From Candidatus Peregrinibacteria bacterium (lineage in GTDB: Bacteria > Patescibacteriota > Gracilibacteria > Peribacterales > Peribacteraceae), in NCBI GenBank assembly GCA_043755535.1, contig JAYUSS010000131.1, positions 10,829-74,828 on the forward strand: a stretch of DNA of 64,000 nucleotides. The letters are read 5' to 3'. A program made the translations under genes and the position numbers. The notes beneath the pieces were generated by a model. The model was not told where the DNA came from, searched no databases, and saw only the letters and a program-made list of their open reading frames with translations. Each line of letters begins with the position of its first letter. Position 1 is the first letter of the stretch. Shown here piece by piece: positions 44,664 through 52,418 of this stretch.

Positions 44664-44741
44664 GGTTCGACAGGCTCACCATGACACTCTCGCTACAAAG
44701 ACCCTGAGCCTGCCTACCGGACAGGCAGGCCCGACGAAGGG
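44664..44741. repeat. Composite GC-rich REP-like element (module A tcgacaggctcaccatgaca + module B gaccctgagc..hairpin..cgaaggg)
   Basis: Module A resembles 17790-17809 (17/20). Module B resembles 6394-6426. Contains an internal 8-bp hairpin gcctgcct/aggcaggc. Confidence 0.7.
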
Positions 44742-44759
44742 TGAAAGGCTCTTTATTTG

Positions 44760-45755
44760 TTAGAGATGCTCATTAAAAAACGTCACCGTCGTATCCATAA
44801 AGTGCTTCCAGGTTTCGCTAAACTCATGCCCTTCTTTGGGGTACGTGACAAAGCGAATATCTTTATCTGCAGCTTCAAGATCCACATTCAGTTGGTTACT
44901 CCACTCAATCGGGACATCTTTGTCTTTAAATCCATGGAACAGGAGGATTGGAGCCTGGATATTCTTGAGGGATCCGTGTGGGGAGATCGCTGCCCAAGCC
45001 TCGGGAGCTTCCTCTTTTGTTCCGCCGAAGGTTGCAAACGTAATGGGTGCATATTCCTGGTCATCGTTCCACCTGTTAAAGTTCTCCCACGCATCCGTAT
45101 GCACCGGTGCATACAGCACGGCAGCATCGACGAGTCCAGGGTGTGCTACCAGGATCTGCATGGTGACGCCGCCTCCCATAGAGTGTCCGATCATTCCTAT
45201 GCGCTCTGCATCGATCCGTGGGTCATGCAGTGCCTTGGTAGCAAGGATCGCGTTGATGCTATCGAGTGCGTATCCAAGACCGTTTTCGTAGGGACCCTTT
45301 GCATTCGGGTTATCGTCACTCTGCGCATGGCCGCGATAATCGGTATGGAGTACCGCAAACTTCGCACGTGCGAGTGCATCCTGCTCGCGCCTAAGTCCCC
45401 GACCGTTGGTATATGTATCCGGGTCGATGTAACCGTGATTCTGAATGATCAACGGGAAGGGGCCGTTACCCTTGGGGATGGCAAGTGTGCCGCTGATCTT
45501 AAGCCCGTTACTGCGGTAGGTGATGAAGTGCTTGGTGTAGGCGGTATTGGCTTCGAGCACTTTCCCGATCCGAAGATCAGAACCGGAAAGAGTCATCGTT
45601 GAAAAATCGCTCACAGACTGCGGCCATTGCTCTAAGATCACGGGCTCTGCAATACGAGCATCATTCTCATGTTGCAGCCGGGCTATCGGCCCTGCTGTTG
45701 CTGCGCAGCTACTAAGCAGCAGACAAACAATGATGGTCGGGAGAGGGAGACGCAT
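44760..45755 (-). CDS. Lipoprotein alpha/beta hydrolase (S9/dienelactone-hydrolase-like)
   Basis: Lipobox-like MRLPLPTIIVCLLLSSC, nucleophile elbow GHSMGGG, and C-terminal ..FHGFKDKDVP..GHEF. Confidence 0.75.
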   Translation of the reverse strand: MRLPLPTIIVCLLLSSCAATAGPIARLQHENDARIAEPVILEQWPQSVSDFSTMTLSGSDLRIGKVLEANTAYTKHFITYRSNGLKISGTLAIPKGNGPFPLIIQNHGYIDPDTYTNGRGLRREQDALARAKFAVLHTDYRGHAQSDDNPNAKGPYENGLGYALDSINAILATKALHDPRIDAERIGMIGHSMGGGVTMQILVAHPGLVDAAVLYAPVHTDAWENFNRWNDDQEYAPITFATFGGTKEEAPEAWAAISPHGSLKNIQAPILLFHGFKDKDVPIEWSNQLNVDLEAADKDIRFVTYPKEGHEFSETWKHFMDTTVTFFNEHL

Positions 45756-45775
45756 GATTGCAGTATACCAGCACT

Positions 45776-46522
45776 TCACGCGATACCGAGAGTTCCGAGA
45801 GACTCTTCTGTGTGGTCCAAGAATTCTTTATAAAGTTTGTAGTGCCCTGTCTCGTAGTAGGGGACTTCCTGGTATCCGTCTTTCGAAAGAGAGTAAATCG
45901 TTGCATGCGGGTACGAGAGAAGAATGGGGGAGTGTGTTGCGATAATAAATTGACAGTCCTGCTCGGTGAGTTCATGCAGCCGCTGTAAGAGTTCCATCTG
46001 GCGCTTGGGCGAGAGTGCGGCTTCCGGCTCATCCAGTAAGTACATCCCCTTGCTGCGGAAGCGGTGATGAAAGAGCGCAAAAAACGATTCACCGTGCGAT
46101 TGTTCGTGGAGCGACTTGCCGCCGTAGTAACTTTTTATGGACGGCCCGGAGTCTGGCTCACGGTCCAGCTCATCGATATTCGTTGCGAGGTTGTAGTAAC
46201 TCTCGGCACGCAAAAAATAGGCATCCTCTGCACGCTTTACTCCTTTGGCGATGCGGATGTGATTATGAAGAGGGGAATGAGATTCTTGGGTTGCGAAATT
46301 GAAGTTCCGAGATCCACCTTCTGCATTGAGTCCGTACCGAAGGGCAATTGCCTCCATCAACGTCGATTTACCGCTCCCGTTTTCCCCTACTAAAAACGTC
46401 ACCTTGGGGTGAAACGTGAGTGTCTGTAAATGCTTTACCGCCGGCAAGTTAAAGGGATAGGCAGAACGATCGGGGATCGTGTCCTCTATTAGTTCTACGG
46501 AGCGGATGAATTGGGTGAGCAT
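45776..46522 (-). CDS. Stand-alone ABC-type (AAA_21-like) ATPase
   Basis: Walker A VGENGSGKST, signature-like SHGES, Walker B MYLLDEPEAALS, and H-loop IIATHSP. Confidence 0.75.
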   Translation of the reverse strand: MLTQFIRSVELIEDTIPDRSAYPFNLPAVKHLQTLTFHPKVTFLVGENGSGKSTLMEAIALRYGLNAEGGSRNFNFATQESHSPLHNHIRIAKGVKRAEDAYFLRAESYYNLATNIDELDREPDSGPSIKSYYGGKSLHEQSHGESFFALFHHRFRSKGMYLLDEPEAALSPKRQMELLQRLHELTEQDCQFIIATHSPILLSYPHATIYSLSKDGYQEVPYYETGHYKLYKEFLDHTEESLGTLGIA

Positions 46523-46596
46523 GAGTGAATTATAGCTGTTTCAGGTGCACGAGAGTGGTTAATTGACAAAATTAAAATGAGGTTTAATTTATACAC

Positions 46597-47499
46597 ATGA
46601 GCGAAACTTCCCAAGTGAACGGCGAGCCGGCCTTGCGCTACCCCGCATCCCTGACATTGATTCGACATGCACAGTCGAAATACAACGAGCTAAAGGGTAT
46701 TTCAACGAAGTGGGATTCCTTTCGGGTATTTCATGAGCGTTTTAAGGCAGAATTTTATAGCAATGCCAAAGAGAGGATCGTCCGACCGGACTTAGCGCTG
46801 GAAGTAGTCAGAAAAAGGTGGCCAAGCCCCGAGTTGTACGAGCTTGCTGTAGCATTTTATGAGCAGATTCATGAGTTGATGCAGGGAGTGAGTGATTCCG
46901 AAACTCCTATTACCGATAAAGGATTGCAACAGGCAACTGAAACCGGTCGGCATATTGCGGAGCATGTACCGAAGCCGGATATTATTTATCTCTCACCGTA
47001 TCTCCGAACACGTCAGACACTGGAAGCAATTCTTGCAGGAGCCCCTGCCGATTGGAGAGATGTGCAGAAGTGGGAAAATGAACCCGTGCGTGAGCAGGAG
47101 CATGGTATGAATACGGTGTTTAACGATTGGCGCTTAAGTTACGTGTTTGACCCGATGGAAATGCTCCATTCCGTGAAACAGGGTGAGTATGATTATCGCT
47201 ATAGAGGAGGGGAAAATAGGTATGATGTGCGAGATAGGGCCAGTCGTTTTATTGGTCGCTTGAGGCGTAAGCACGAAGGAGAAAATGTGCTTGTGGTATC
47301 GCACCATCTGACAATTCTCGCAACGCTTGGAGAGCTTCTCCATTGGACTCGTGAAGAATTTTTAGACTGGGATGAAAATCGTAAGCCGGCAAATTGTGGA
47401 GTGACGATTCTCCGTCGCGAGGAAGGAGTCAGTCGAACAGGAAAGGACCTTCTGATTCTTGGAGAAGGTGGTTACAGCAGGAAGTTGTATACGGAGTGA
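46597..47499 (+). CDS. Histidine phosphatase (phosphoglycerate-mutase-like) family protein
   Basis: LIRHAQSKYN (RHG-type motif) and VVSHHLTI (second His). Confidence 0.7.
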   Translation: MSETSQVNGEPALRYPASLTLIRHAQSKYNELKGISTKWDSFRVFHERFKAEFYSNAKERIVRPDLALEVVRKRWPSPELYELAVAFYEQIHELMQGVSDSETPITDKGLQQATETGRHIAEHVPKPDIIYLSPYLRTRQTLEAILAGAPADWRDVQKWENEPVREQEHGMNTVFNDWRLSYVFDPMEMLHSVKQGEYDYRYRGGENRYDVRDRASRFIGRLRRKHEGENVLVVSHHLTILATLGELLHWTREEFLDWDENRKPANCGVTILRREEGVSRTGKDLLILGEGGYSRKLYTE

Positions 47500-47500
47500 C

Positions 47501-47525
47501 CCGGCTTCGCTCTTGCTACGCCGAG
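47501..47525. repeat. 25-nt element ccggcttcgctcttgctacgccgag, second copy, again directly after a stop codon
   Basis: Identical to 44255-44279. Confidence 0.9.
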
Positions 47526-47596
47526 GCATTCGTTCATTAGCTTTGTTGTTATACAGATCTCGGCGAAGTCCTGTGGTCGGACAGGACGTAGACGGA

Positions 47597-47673
47597 TGGT
47601 GCCCGCGGCAGGATTTGAACCTACGACCCCTTGGTTCGAAGCCAAGTACTCTATCCAGCTGAGCTACGCGGGC
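47597..47673 (-). tRNA. tRNA-Arg (anticodon TCG), CCA encoded
   Basis: The reverse complement folds by hand. Acceptor GCCCGCG/CGCGGGC, anticodon stem CTTGG/CCAAG with loop CTTCGAA, T loop GGTTCAAATCC. Confidence 0.9.
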
Positions 47674-47716
47674 AGCTTGAATACAGTATAGCGGAATTTC
47701 AGAGTCTTTCCTGTTC

Positions 47717-48172
47717 TTATTTTGCAGCGCCGCAGCATTTCTTAAACTTCTTCCCACTGCCACACGGGCATGGGTCATTGCGACCAGTTTGCTTGGATGG
47801 ATCATTAAGGATTGTTTTTGATCCAAATCGTGAGGTTCTACGAATTGCGTTTGCGGGTTCTTCCAGGGAACGCACGATGTTACTGGGTGTATCTTGAGGG
47901 GCATGGTCTACTGATCGTAATTCCCGGCGGATATCCACCGTGTCTAAAATATCCGATACACTCACGGATATACCTTTTGCTTTCAGGAATTCCGAAACTT
48001 TTTGAGCGCCTTCTAAAATATTTGTTTCCTCACCAGTAAAATGTGTAAGAAGAATGAGAAGTTGCTCTCGGGTATCCTCAGTTTGCTCTAATTCCTGAAT
48101 AACTTCGGCCGGTAATGGGGTGGCGTGTTCATCAAAGAGGTTCCTATCCTCTTCAGAAGTGTTGGTACTCAT
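47717..48172 (-). CDS. SEC-C metal-binding motif protein
   Basis: C-terminal [19 protein letters not shown] and an acidic N-terminal region. The ORF opens at 48208; MSTNTSEED is the preferred start. Confidence 0.65.
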   Translation of the reverse strand: MSTNTSEEDRNLFDEHATPLPAEVIQELEQTEDTREQLLILLTHFTGEETNILEGAQKVSEFLKAKGISVSVSDILDTVDIRRELRSVDHAPQDTPSNIVRSLEEPANAIRRTSRFGSKTILNDPSKQTGRNDPCPCGSGKKFKKCCGAAK

Positions 48173-48268
48173 ATAGTAATTATGGGTATATTTTAACCAA
48201 AATGTCAAATTCTCTGGATCGAAGCGTATTCTCTGCTAGGATATCCCAGCTTTTGAGTATTGGGGACT

Positions 48269-48295
48269 CCGGCTTCGCCCGCGAGCTACGCCGAG
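48269..48295. repeat. Variant of the 25-nt element (ccggcttcgcccgcgagctacgccgag)
   Basis: Shares the ccggcttcgc and ctacgccgag ends with the other two copies. Confidence 0.7.
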
Positions 48296-48320
48296 ACAAG
48301 TCGCCAATTGATCTTTATTT

Positions 48321-49901
48321 CTATATTGGGGAGTCGCCAAGTGGTAAGGCACTTGCCTCTGGAGCAAGCATTCGGGGGTTCGAATCCCTCCTCCCCAGCC
48401 ATCTATCACTTATTATAACTTCACGACTTTTAAGCAGTGCTGCGATAATTTCGGTGTATTCGATGTTACTAATTTCTTTGTCGAGGATGGTAATGGCCTT
48501 AAAGAACAAAGATATAAGATGCTTCTTCAAATCGGGAGCAGCTTTGGTGTAAGTCTGGTGCAAGTCGTCTGTCAGCACCATTAAACGGCTGAAGGTATCT
48601 ATATTACCTTCACGCTTCTGTTCTAAGTCCTCTAATTGCTTCTGCAATTGCCCCAGTTCAACGCGGATGTCCTCCGACATGCGCTGGTAGGTATCAGAGT
48701 CTATAACCCTGTCAGCGCGGTCAGTTTCAACGTTCTGGCGACGTGTCTTTAATCGCGTAATACGGTTGTTAATAGCTTTGCCAGTCCTATCAATGCCGCT
48801 ATGTGTTTGGTCGAGTATGTCATTGGCCTTAGCTGCTATTTTCTTCATCAGGGGCGCAGTAAATTCGAGTTTGCTAAATTCATTCGCTATCAGCTTCTCT
48901 AATTCGTCAGAACGGATGTTCTGTCCTACATTGCTATGCTTCTTTTTTGTTAGTGAACAATGATAATAGGCCATGTTCTTCTTCTCATGTAGTTCGGCAG
49001 TTACTTTTCCTTGGCATATCCCGCATCGGAGAATATGACGAAGAAAGAACTTCTCGGAGTGCTTTCGTTCTCTATTTGCGTTTTGGTTGTGTTGGTTCTT
49101 CACTTCTTGGCACAGCTTGAAAGTCGGGTCATCTATGAGGGCTTCATGGTTACCGTTCTTCTCTTGTACCTTTCCTTTATATTTGATTTTGCCGATATAA
49201 AATTCGTCACCAAGCATTTTAATGAACTTGGACTTTGCCATCTTCTTACCTGACTTTGAACGTAAGCCTTTGTCGAACATGATGGTATTCAACACTGTGT
49301 GATTATAATTGCCTGTGGCATAAAGCCGAAAGGCTTCCTCTATTAAATGCCTTTTGGTTTCGTCCACTTGTATTACTCTTCGGACTTTATCGCCGTCGGC
49401 AATGGCAATATTCAGATAGCCAGGTTTTGCAGGTCCAGGCCAACCCCCACTTGCGACTTTGGCTTTCATACCTCGCTTCGTCTTTATGGATATTACCCTG
49501 CTGTAATATTGGTTCATTTCGGATACGAAGCCGTCCATTAGCTCACTCTCTGGTTCATCGGACTCCGTAAACGATTGGTTCAAAGCAACAAGTTTGCACC
49601 CCGCCTCGTTCAGTAAATTTTTTATCTGTTTGTGGTCAGATGAGTTTCTAGCAAACCTATCAGTCTCGGTTACGATAAAATACTTCACGTCATTATCAAT
49701 CACATAATCTATAGCTTCCTGAAAAGCAGTACGTCCCTTGCGGCTTGTTCCGCTTTTTCCTGCATCGGTAAATACCTTCAATATGTTGATATTCCTCCTC
49801 TCAGCAGCTTCACGACAGGCTGTCTCCTGATTTTCGGTAGACTGGCCTTTAGCCTGTCGTGAGCTACTTATGCGCGTATATATGACTCCTGAATTGTCCA
49901 T
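48321..49901 (-). CDS. Large serine recombinase (integrase)
   Basis: VIYTRISSSRQ (catalytic Ser), ..FIVTETDRFARN.., recombinase domain, Zn-ribbon (CGICQGK..YYHCS), coiled coil. The last ~27 codons (..GRRDSNPRMLAPEASALPLGDSPI) are antisense tRNA-Gln. Confidence 0.9.
   Translation of the reverse strand: MDNSGVIYTRISSSRQAKGQSTENQETACREAAERRNINILKVFTDAGKSGTSRKGRTAFQEAIDYVIDNDVKYFIVTETDRFARNSSDHKQIKNLLNEAGCKLVALNQSFTESDEPESELMDGFVSEMNQYYSRVISIKTKRGMKAKVASGGWPGPAKPGYLNIAIADGDKVRRVIQVDETKRHLIEEAFRLYATGNYNHTVLNTIMFDKGLRSKSGKKMAKSKFIKMLGDEFYIGKIKYKGKVQEKNGNHEALIDDPTFKLCQEVKNQHNQNANRERKHSEKFFLRHILRCGICQGKVTAELHEKKNMAYYHCSLTKKKHSNVGQNIRSDELEKLIANEFSKLEFTAPLMKKIAAKANDILDQTHSGIDRTGKAINNRITRLKTRRQNVETDRADRVIDSDTYQRMSEDIRVELGQLQKQLEDLEQKREGNIDTFSRLMVLTDDLHQTYTKAAPDLKKHLISLFFKAITILDKEISNIEYTEIIAALLKSREVIISDRWLGRRDSNPRMLAPEASALPLGDSPI
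48327..48401 (+). tRNA. tRNA-Gln (anticodon CTG), CCA encoded; left junction of an integrated element
   Basis: Acceptor TGGGGAG/CTCCCCA (U1-A72), anticodon stem CTTGC/GCAAG with loop CTCTGGA, T loop GGTTCGAATCC. Base composition drops sharply right after 48401. Confidence 0.9.
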
Positions 49902-49946
49902 AAACTATTTATAATAAAGGCATACAACAAAGAACAAAAATATTTC

Positions 49947-50456
49947 CTATGCACCTTCTTGATAGATATGGTCACTAAATTCATTTCCCCTTGTCTCTAA
50001 ATATTCCCCTACTTCGCAAATAACATCTCCTAACAAAAGTTGCATGCCCGTAAATCCGACGCCATCAATTTTATATGATGGAGGTAATAAAACTAATTTA
50101 CATTCAAAATCTGATAAATAATTTTGTAGCAATATTATCTCTTCTTTCGACTTACATATTCCATATCTATCACTGACAATTAAAGTAGATACTCGTCGTA
50201 CTCCCATTTCTACCAGCATTTCGTGAAAAACGTCACTTTCTGTAGTTACACAATTTTCTTCTTCGACAAATACTTTCTCAACTTTTAAATTACTTTCCTC
50301 GGCATATTCTCTGATTATTTCTTCTTGTAATTTCAGAGAATCGCCACGCTTTTTTGACGATAGTTCTCTACCGCAAGCCTTTAGAAAAATATAACATGTC
50401 TGCTGCATAAAAAAATTGGGGAATAAATAAATATATTCACACCCTAAGCTCGACAT
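49947..50456 (-). CDS. Resolvase-N-domain-like protein with Cys in place of the catalytic Ser (tentative)
   Basis: CYIFLKACGRE..SLKLQEEIIREYAEESNLKVEKVFVEE..FHEMLVEM..STLIVSDRYGICK..ILLQNYLSDFECKLVLL follows the Y-x-R-V-S..SL..Q..vf.D..f..ml..liv..dR..r..l...g pattern, with LKAC instead of ARVS. No DNA-binding domain is seen. Confidence 0.35.
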   Translation of the reverse strand: MSSLGCEYIYLFPNFFMQQTCYIFLKACGRELSSKKRGDSLKLQEEIIREYAEESNLKVEKVFVEEENCVTTESDVFHEMLVEMGVRRVSTLIVSDRYGICKSKEEIILLQNYLSDFECKLVLLPPSYKIDGVGFTGMQLLLGDVICEVGEYLETRGNEFSDHIYQEGA

Positions 50457-50509
50457 GCGCTTTGAAATGGACAGCGACGTTTGTATAAATCTGTCTTGAA
50501 CCTTCGCCG

Positions 50510-50983
50510 TTAAATTCTCACTCCAATCATCACAGGCATCCTGTCATGCCGCGTTGCTACCTGAAAATAGTGTGATGCTGGTTCGGTGAGGACATACACA
50601 TGCGGTTTGCGCTGCTCATCATGGACGAGGACGCCTTTAATGCCCTGCGTCACCTGAAGCCACACGCCTTTCTCACAAATAAACGAGGCAGGAATGTCTA
50701 CGAGTTCTGGGTGCATCCAATTCCATTTCCCTTCCTCCAAGCTCTCTTTCTTGCACCATCCTGTGTGATACAGCCTCGATAGCTTGTTATCCCTGTTGCC
50801 CCACTCAAAAATGCCGAGTTGCCCTCCGTACCACACAGGCAATAGTGCTTTCTTGTCCCTGAACTGAAACCGTATCTCCTTCTCCGCGCCCTCGTTGCGC
50901 GTTATGACATGGCTTTCCAGCTTGTGATGTTCAATCAGCTTGTCCGAGAACTCCCGATATTGGACGGATAATGCGCTGCACAT
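50510..50983 (-). CDS. Short, divergent SRAP (SOS-response-associated peptidase / YedK-like) protein
   Basis: Starts MC (Cys2), has the C-terminal HDRMPVMI motif and intermediate W/E-rich motifs (IFEWG, IPASFICEKGVW). Only 157 aa, compared with about 220 aa as I recall for typical family members. Confidence 0.5.
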   Translation of the reverse strand: MCSALSVQYREFSDKLIEHHKLESHVITRNEGAEKEIRFQFRDKKALLPVWYGGQLGIFEWGNRDNKLSRLYHTGWCKKESLEEGKWNWMHPELVDIPASFICEKGVWLQVTQGIKGVLVHDEQRKPHVYVLTEPASHYFQVATRHDRMPVMIGVRI

Positions 50984-50995
50984 GGGTATTGGAGG

Positions 50996-52261
50996 TTAGA
51001 AACACATTTTGCCTGCAACGTCGCATATTTCGTAATCGTTTGCTGCATCGTCGTATATGTCCTTCAAAGGCAACGTTTCAGCACTACGAAGTGCGAAACG
51101 TCCTATCTTGGCATTCACTAATCGCATCAGTTCTGACGACTTCATGCGGTCACTATGCTTTGTGAATAAACTTAGTTGAATCGTATTGGAACACTGCAAA
51201 CTCTCGGCAATGACATGGACATACCCAACCTTATGCCCCTTCCTCCACCCCGCTTCAAATAAATCTTTGGCTGGTGTCACTAGGCTCTCGAATTCATCCG
51301 TTGCCTCCATCAAGTCCATGCGCCCGTACCAGCTTCCCCCCTCTTTGTAGGACAAATACAGCGCAAGTCTGTCACAGGAAAAATTGTAGTAATGCAGTGC
51401 TTCTGAAAGACGTTCGACATTTCTGACAATCCATCCTCGTAGCCGCAATGGGTCGTCGGTTGCGCCACCTACGCTTCCCCCTCTCGCCATTGCCTTGTGT
51501 GGAGGCCGCGTTGTCTTCAGTGGGCTAATGGCTGTCCCTCGCATTTCCCATAACAGTTGTTCGCCTTTGATAGTGAGGAGTCGTCGAATGAGCTTAGTGT
51601 CTGCTTTCACTAGTTGGTCACAGGTGTAAATGCCGTAGCTGCTTAACTTCTCTTTGCTGCGTCCTGCAATGCCCGTGATGTCGTCCACGGGCTTATCCTG
51701 TAGAAGTGTTGCTATCTCCTCTGGTGACGCGGCTACGTGGCATCCAAAGGGCTTGTTCGTGTCTGATGCGAGCTTGGCGAGCGTCTTGCTTCGGGAAATG
51801 CCGATGCTAACAGGCATCCCTATTTCCTGAAGCATGCGTTGTTGCAATGCCTTAGCCGCTTCGGGCAACGGCAAATTGAAGGCACGCGAAAGAAACGTAG
51901 CGTCGAAAAATAACTCGTCTATGGAATAGTATTCAACGGCGGTGCTGACGGTTTTTACCATCTTTAACATCTGCTTGGAAATAACCTCGTACCAATAAAA
52001 GTCACGCTTCACGAATATTCCTTCGGGGCAGAGCTTAGACGCTTCCCAAATCGGGACACCCGTCTTCACTCCTCGCTTCTTCATTTCGTAGCTCTTGGCG
52101 ATAATGCACGCGCCTTGGTTGCCGAGAACGCCTACGGGCAGCTTTGCTAGATACGGAAAACGCACCCTTTCACATGACACATAGAAACAGTCAGCATCCA
52201 AATGTCCGATGAGAGCATGCGTCTGTGTCATAGGTCGTGCAGTGTACGCTCGTACACCCAT
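50996..52261 (-). CDS. Y-family DNA polymerase, UmuC-like
   Basis: GHLDADCFYVSCERV..PVGVLGNQGACIIAKSYEMKKRGVKTGVPIW..YYSIDELFFD..GISRSKTLAKLAS. The true start is possibly MTQTHAL (52231). Confidence 0.85.
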   Translation of the reverse strand: MGVRAYTARPMTQTHALIGHLDADCFYVSCERVRFPYLAKLPVGVLGNQGACIIAKSYEMKKRGVKTGVPIWEASKLCPEGIFVKRDFYWYEVISKQMLKMVKTVSTAVEYYSIDELFFDATFLSRAFNLPLPEAAKALQQRMLQEIGMPVSIGISRSKTLAKLASDTNKPFGCHVAASPEEIATLLQDKPVDDITGIAGRSKEKLSSYGIYTCDQLVKADTKLIRRLLTIKGEQLLWEMRGTAISPLKTTRPPHKAMARGGSVGGATDDPLRLRGWIVRNVERLSEALHYYNFSCDRLALYLSYKEGGSWYGRMDLMEATDEFESLVTPAKDLFEAGWRKGHKVGYVHVIAESLQCSNTIQLSLFTKHSDRMKSSELMRLVNAKIGRFALRSAETLPLKDIYDDAANDYEICDVAGKMCF

Positions 52262-52289
52262 AACAAGTCAAGGTTCTGCTCGGTTACCT

Positions 52290-52311
52290 ACATTTGGTTA
52301 CCCCTAAATGT
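52290..52311. promoter_or_regulatory. Inverted repeat ACATTT-N10-AAATGT upstream of the polymerase gene (candidate operator)
   Basis: Read directly. Overlaps a GGTTACC direct repeat (52282-52288, 52296-52302). It lies 29-50 nt upstream of the first ATG. Confidence 0.3.
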
Positions 52312-52418
52312 CCCTACAATGCTCTAGGCTCAATTTGAATGTATGCCACATATATTTTATCACTGAAGGTAAAATAGGTTGTTAAAACTAAACTGAGGGA
52401 TAGGCACTTAAATATCTT

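Noticed and set aside
44757-45602. 281-aa plus-strand ORF opposite the alpha/beta hydrolase
   Set aside because: The hydrolase on the minus strand has a lipoprotein signal and the GHSMGGG nucleophile elbow. The plus frame is a shadow ORF.
44760-46522. ABC-type ATPase plus alpha/beta hydrolase as a two-gene defence pair (PARIS/Septu-like logic)
   Set aside because: The hydrolase has a lipoprotein signal, so it is probably extracytoplasmic, and its likely start removes the apparent overlap. Both genes have host-like GC content, and there is no nuclease or other effector.
47362-47904. 180-aa minus-strand ORF spanning tRNA-Arg
   Set aside because: It reads straight through a well-folding tRNA and a REP-like element, so it is spurious.
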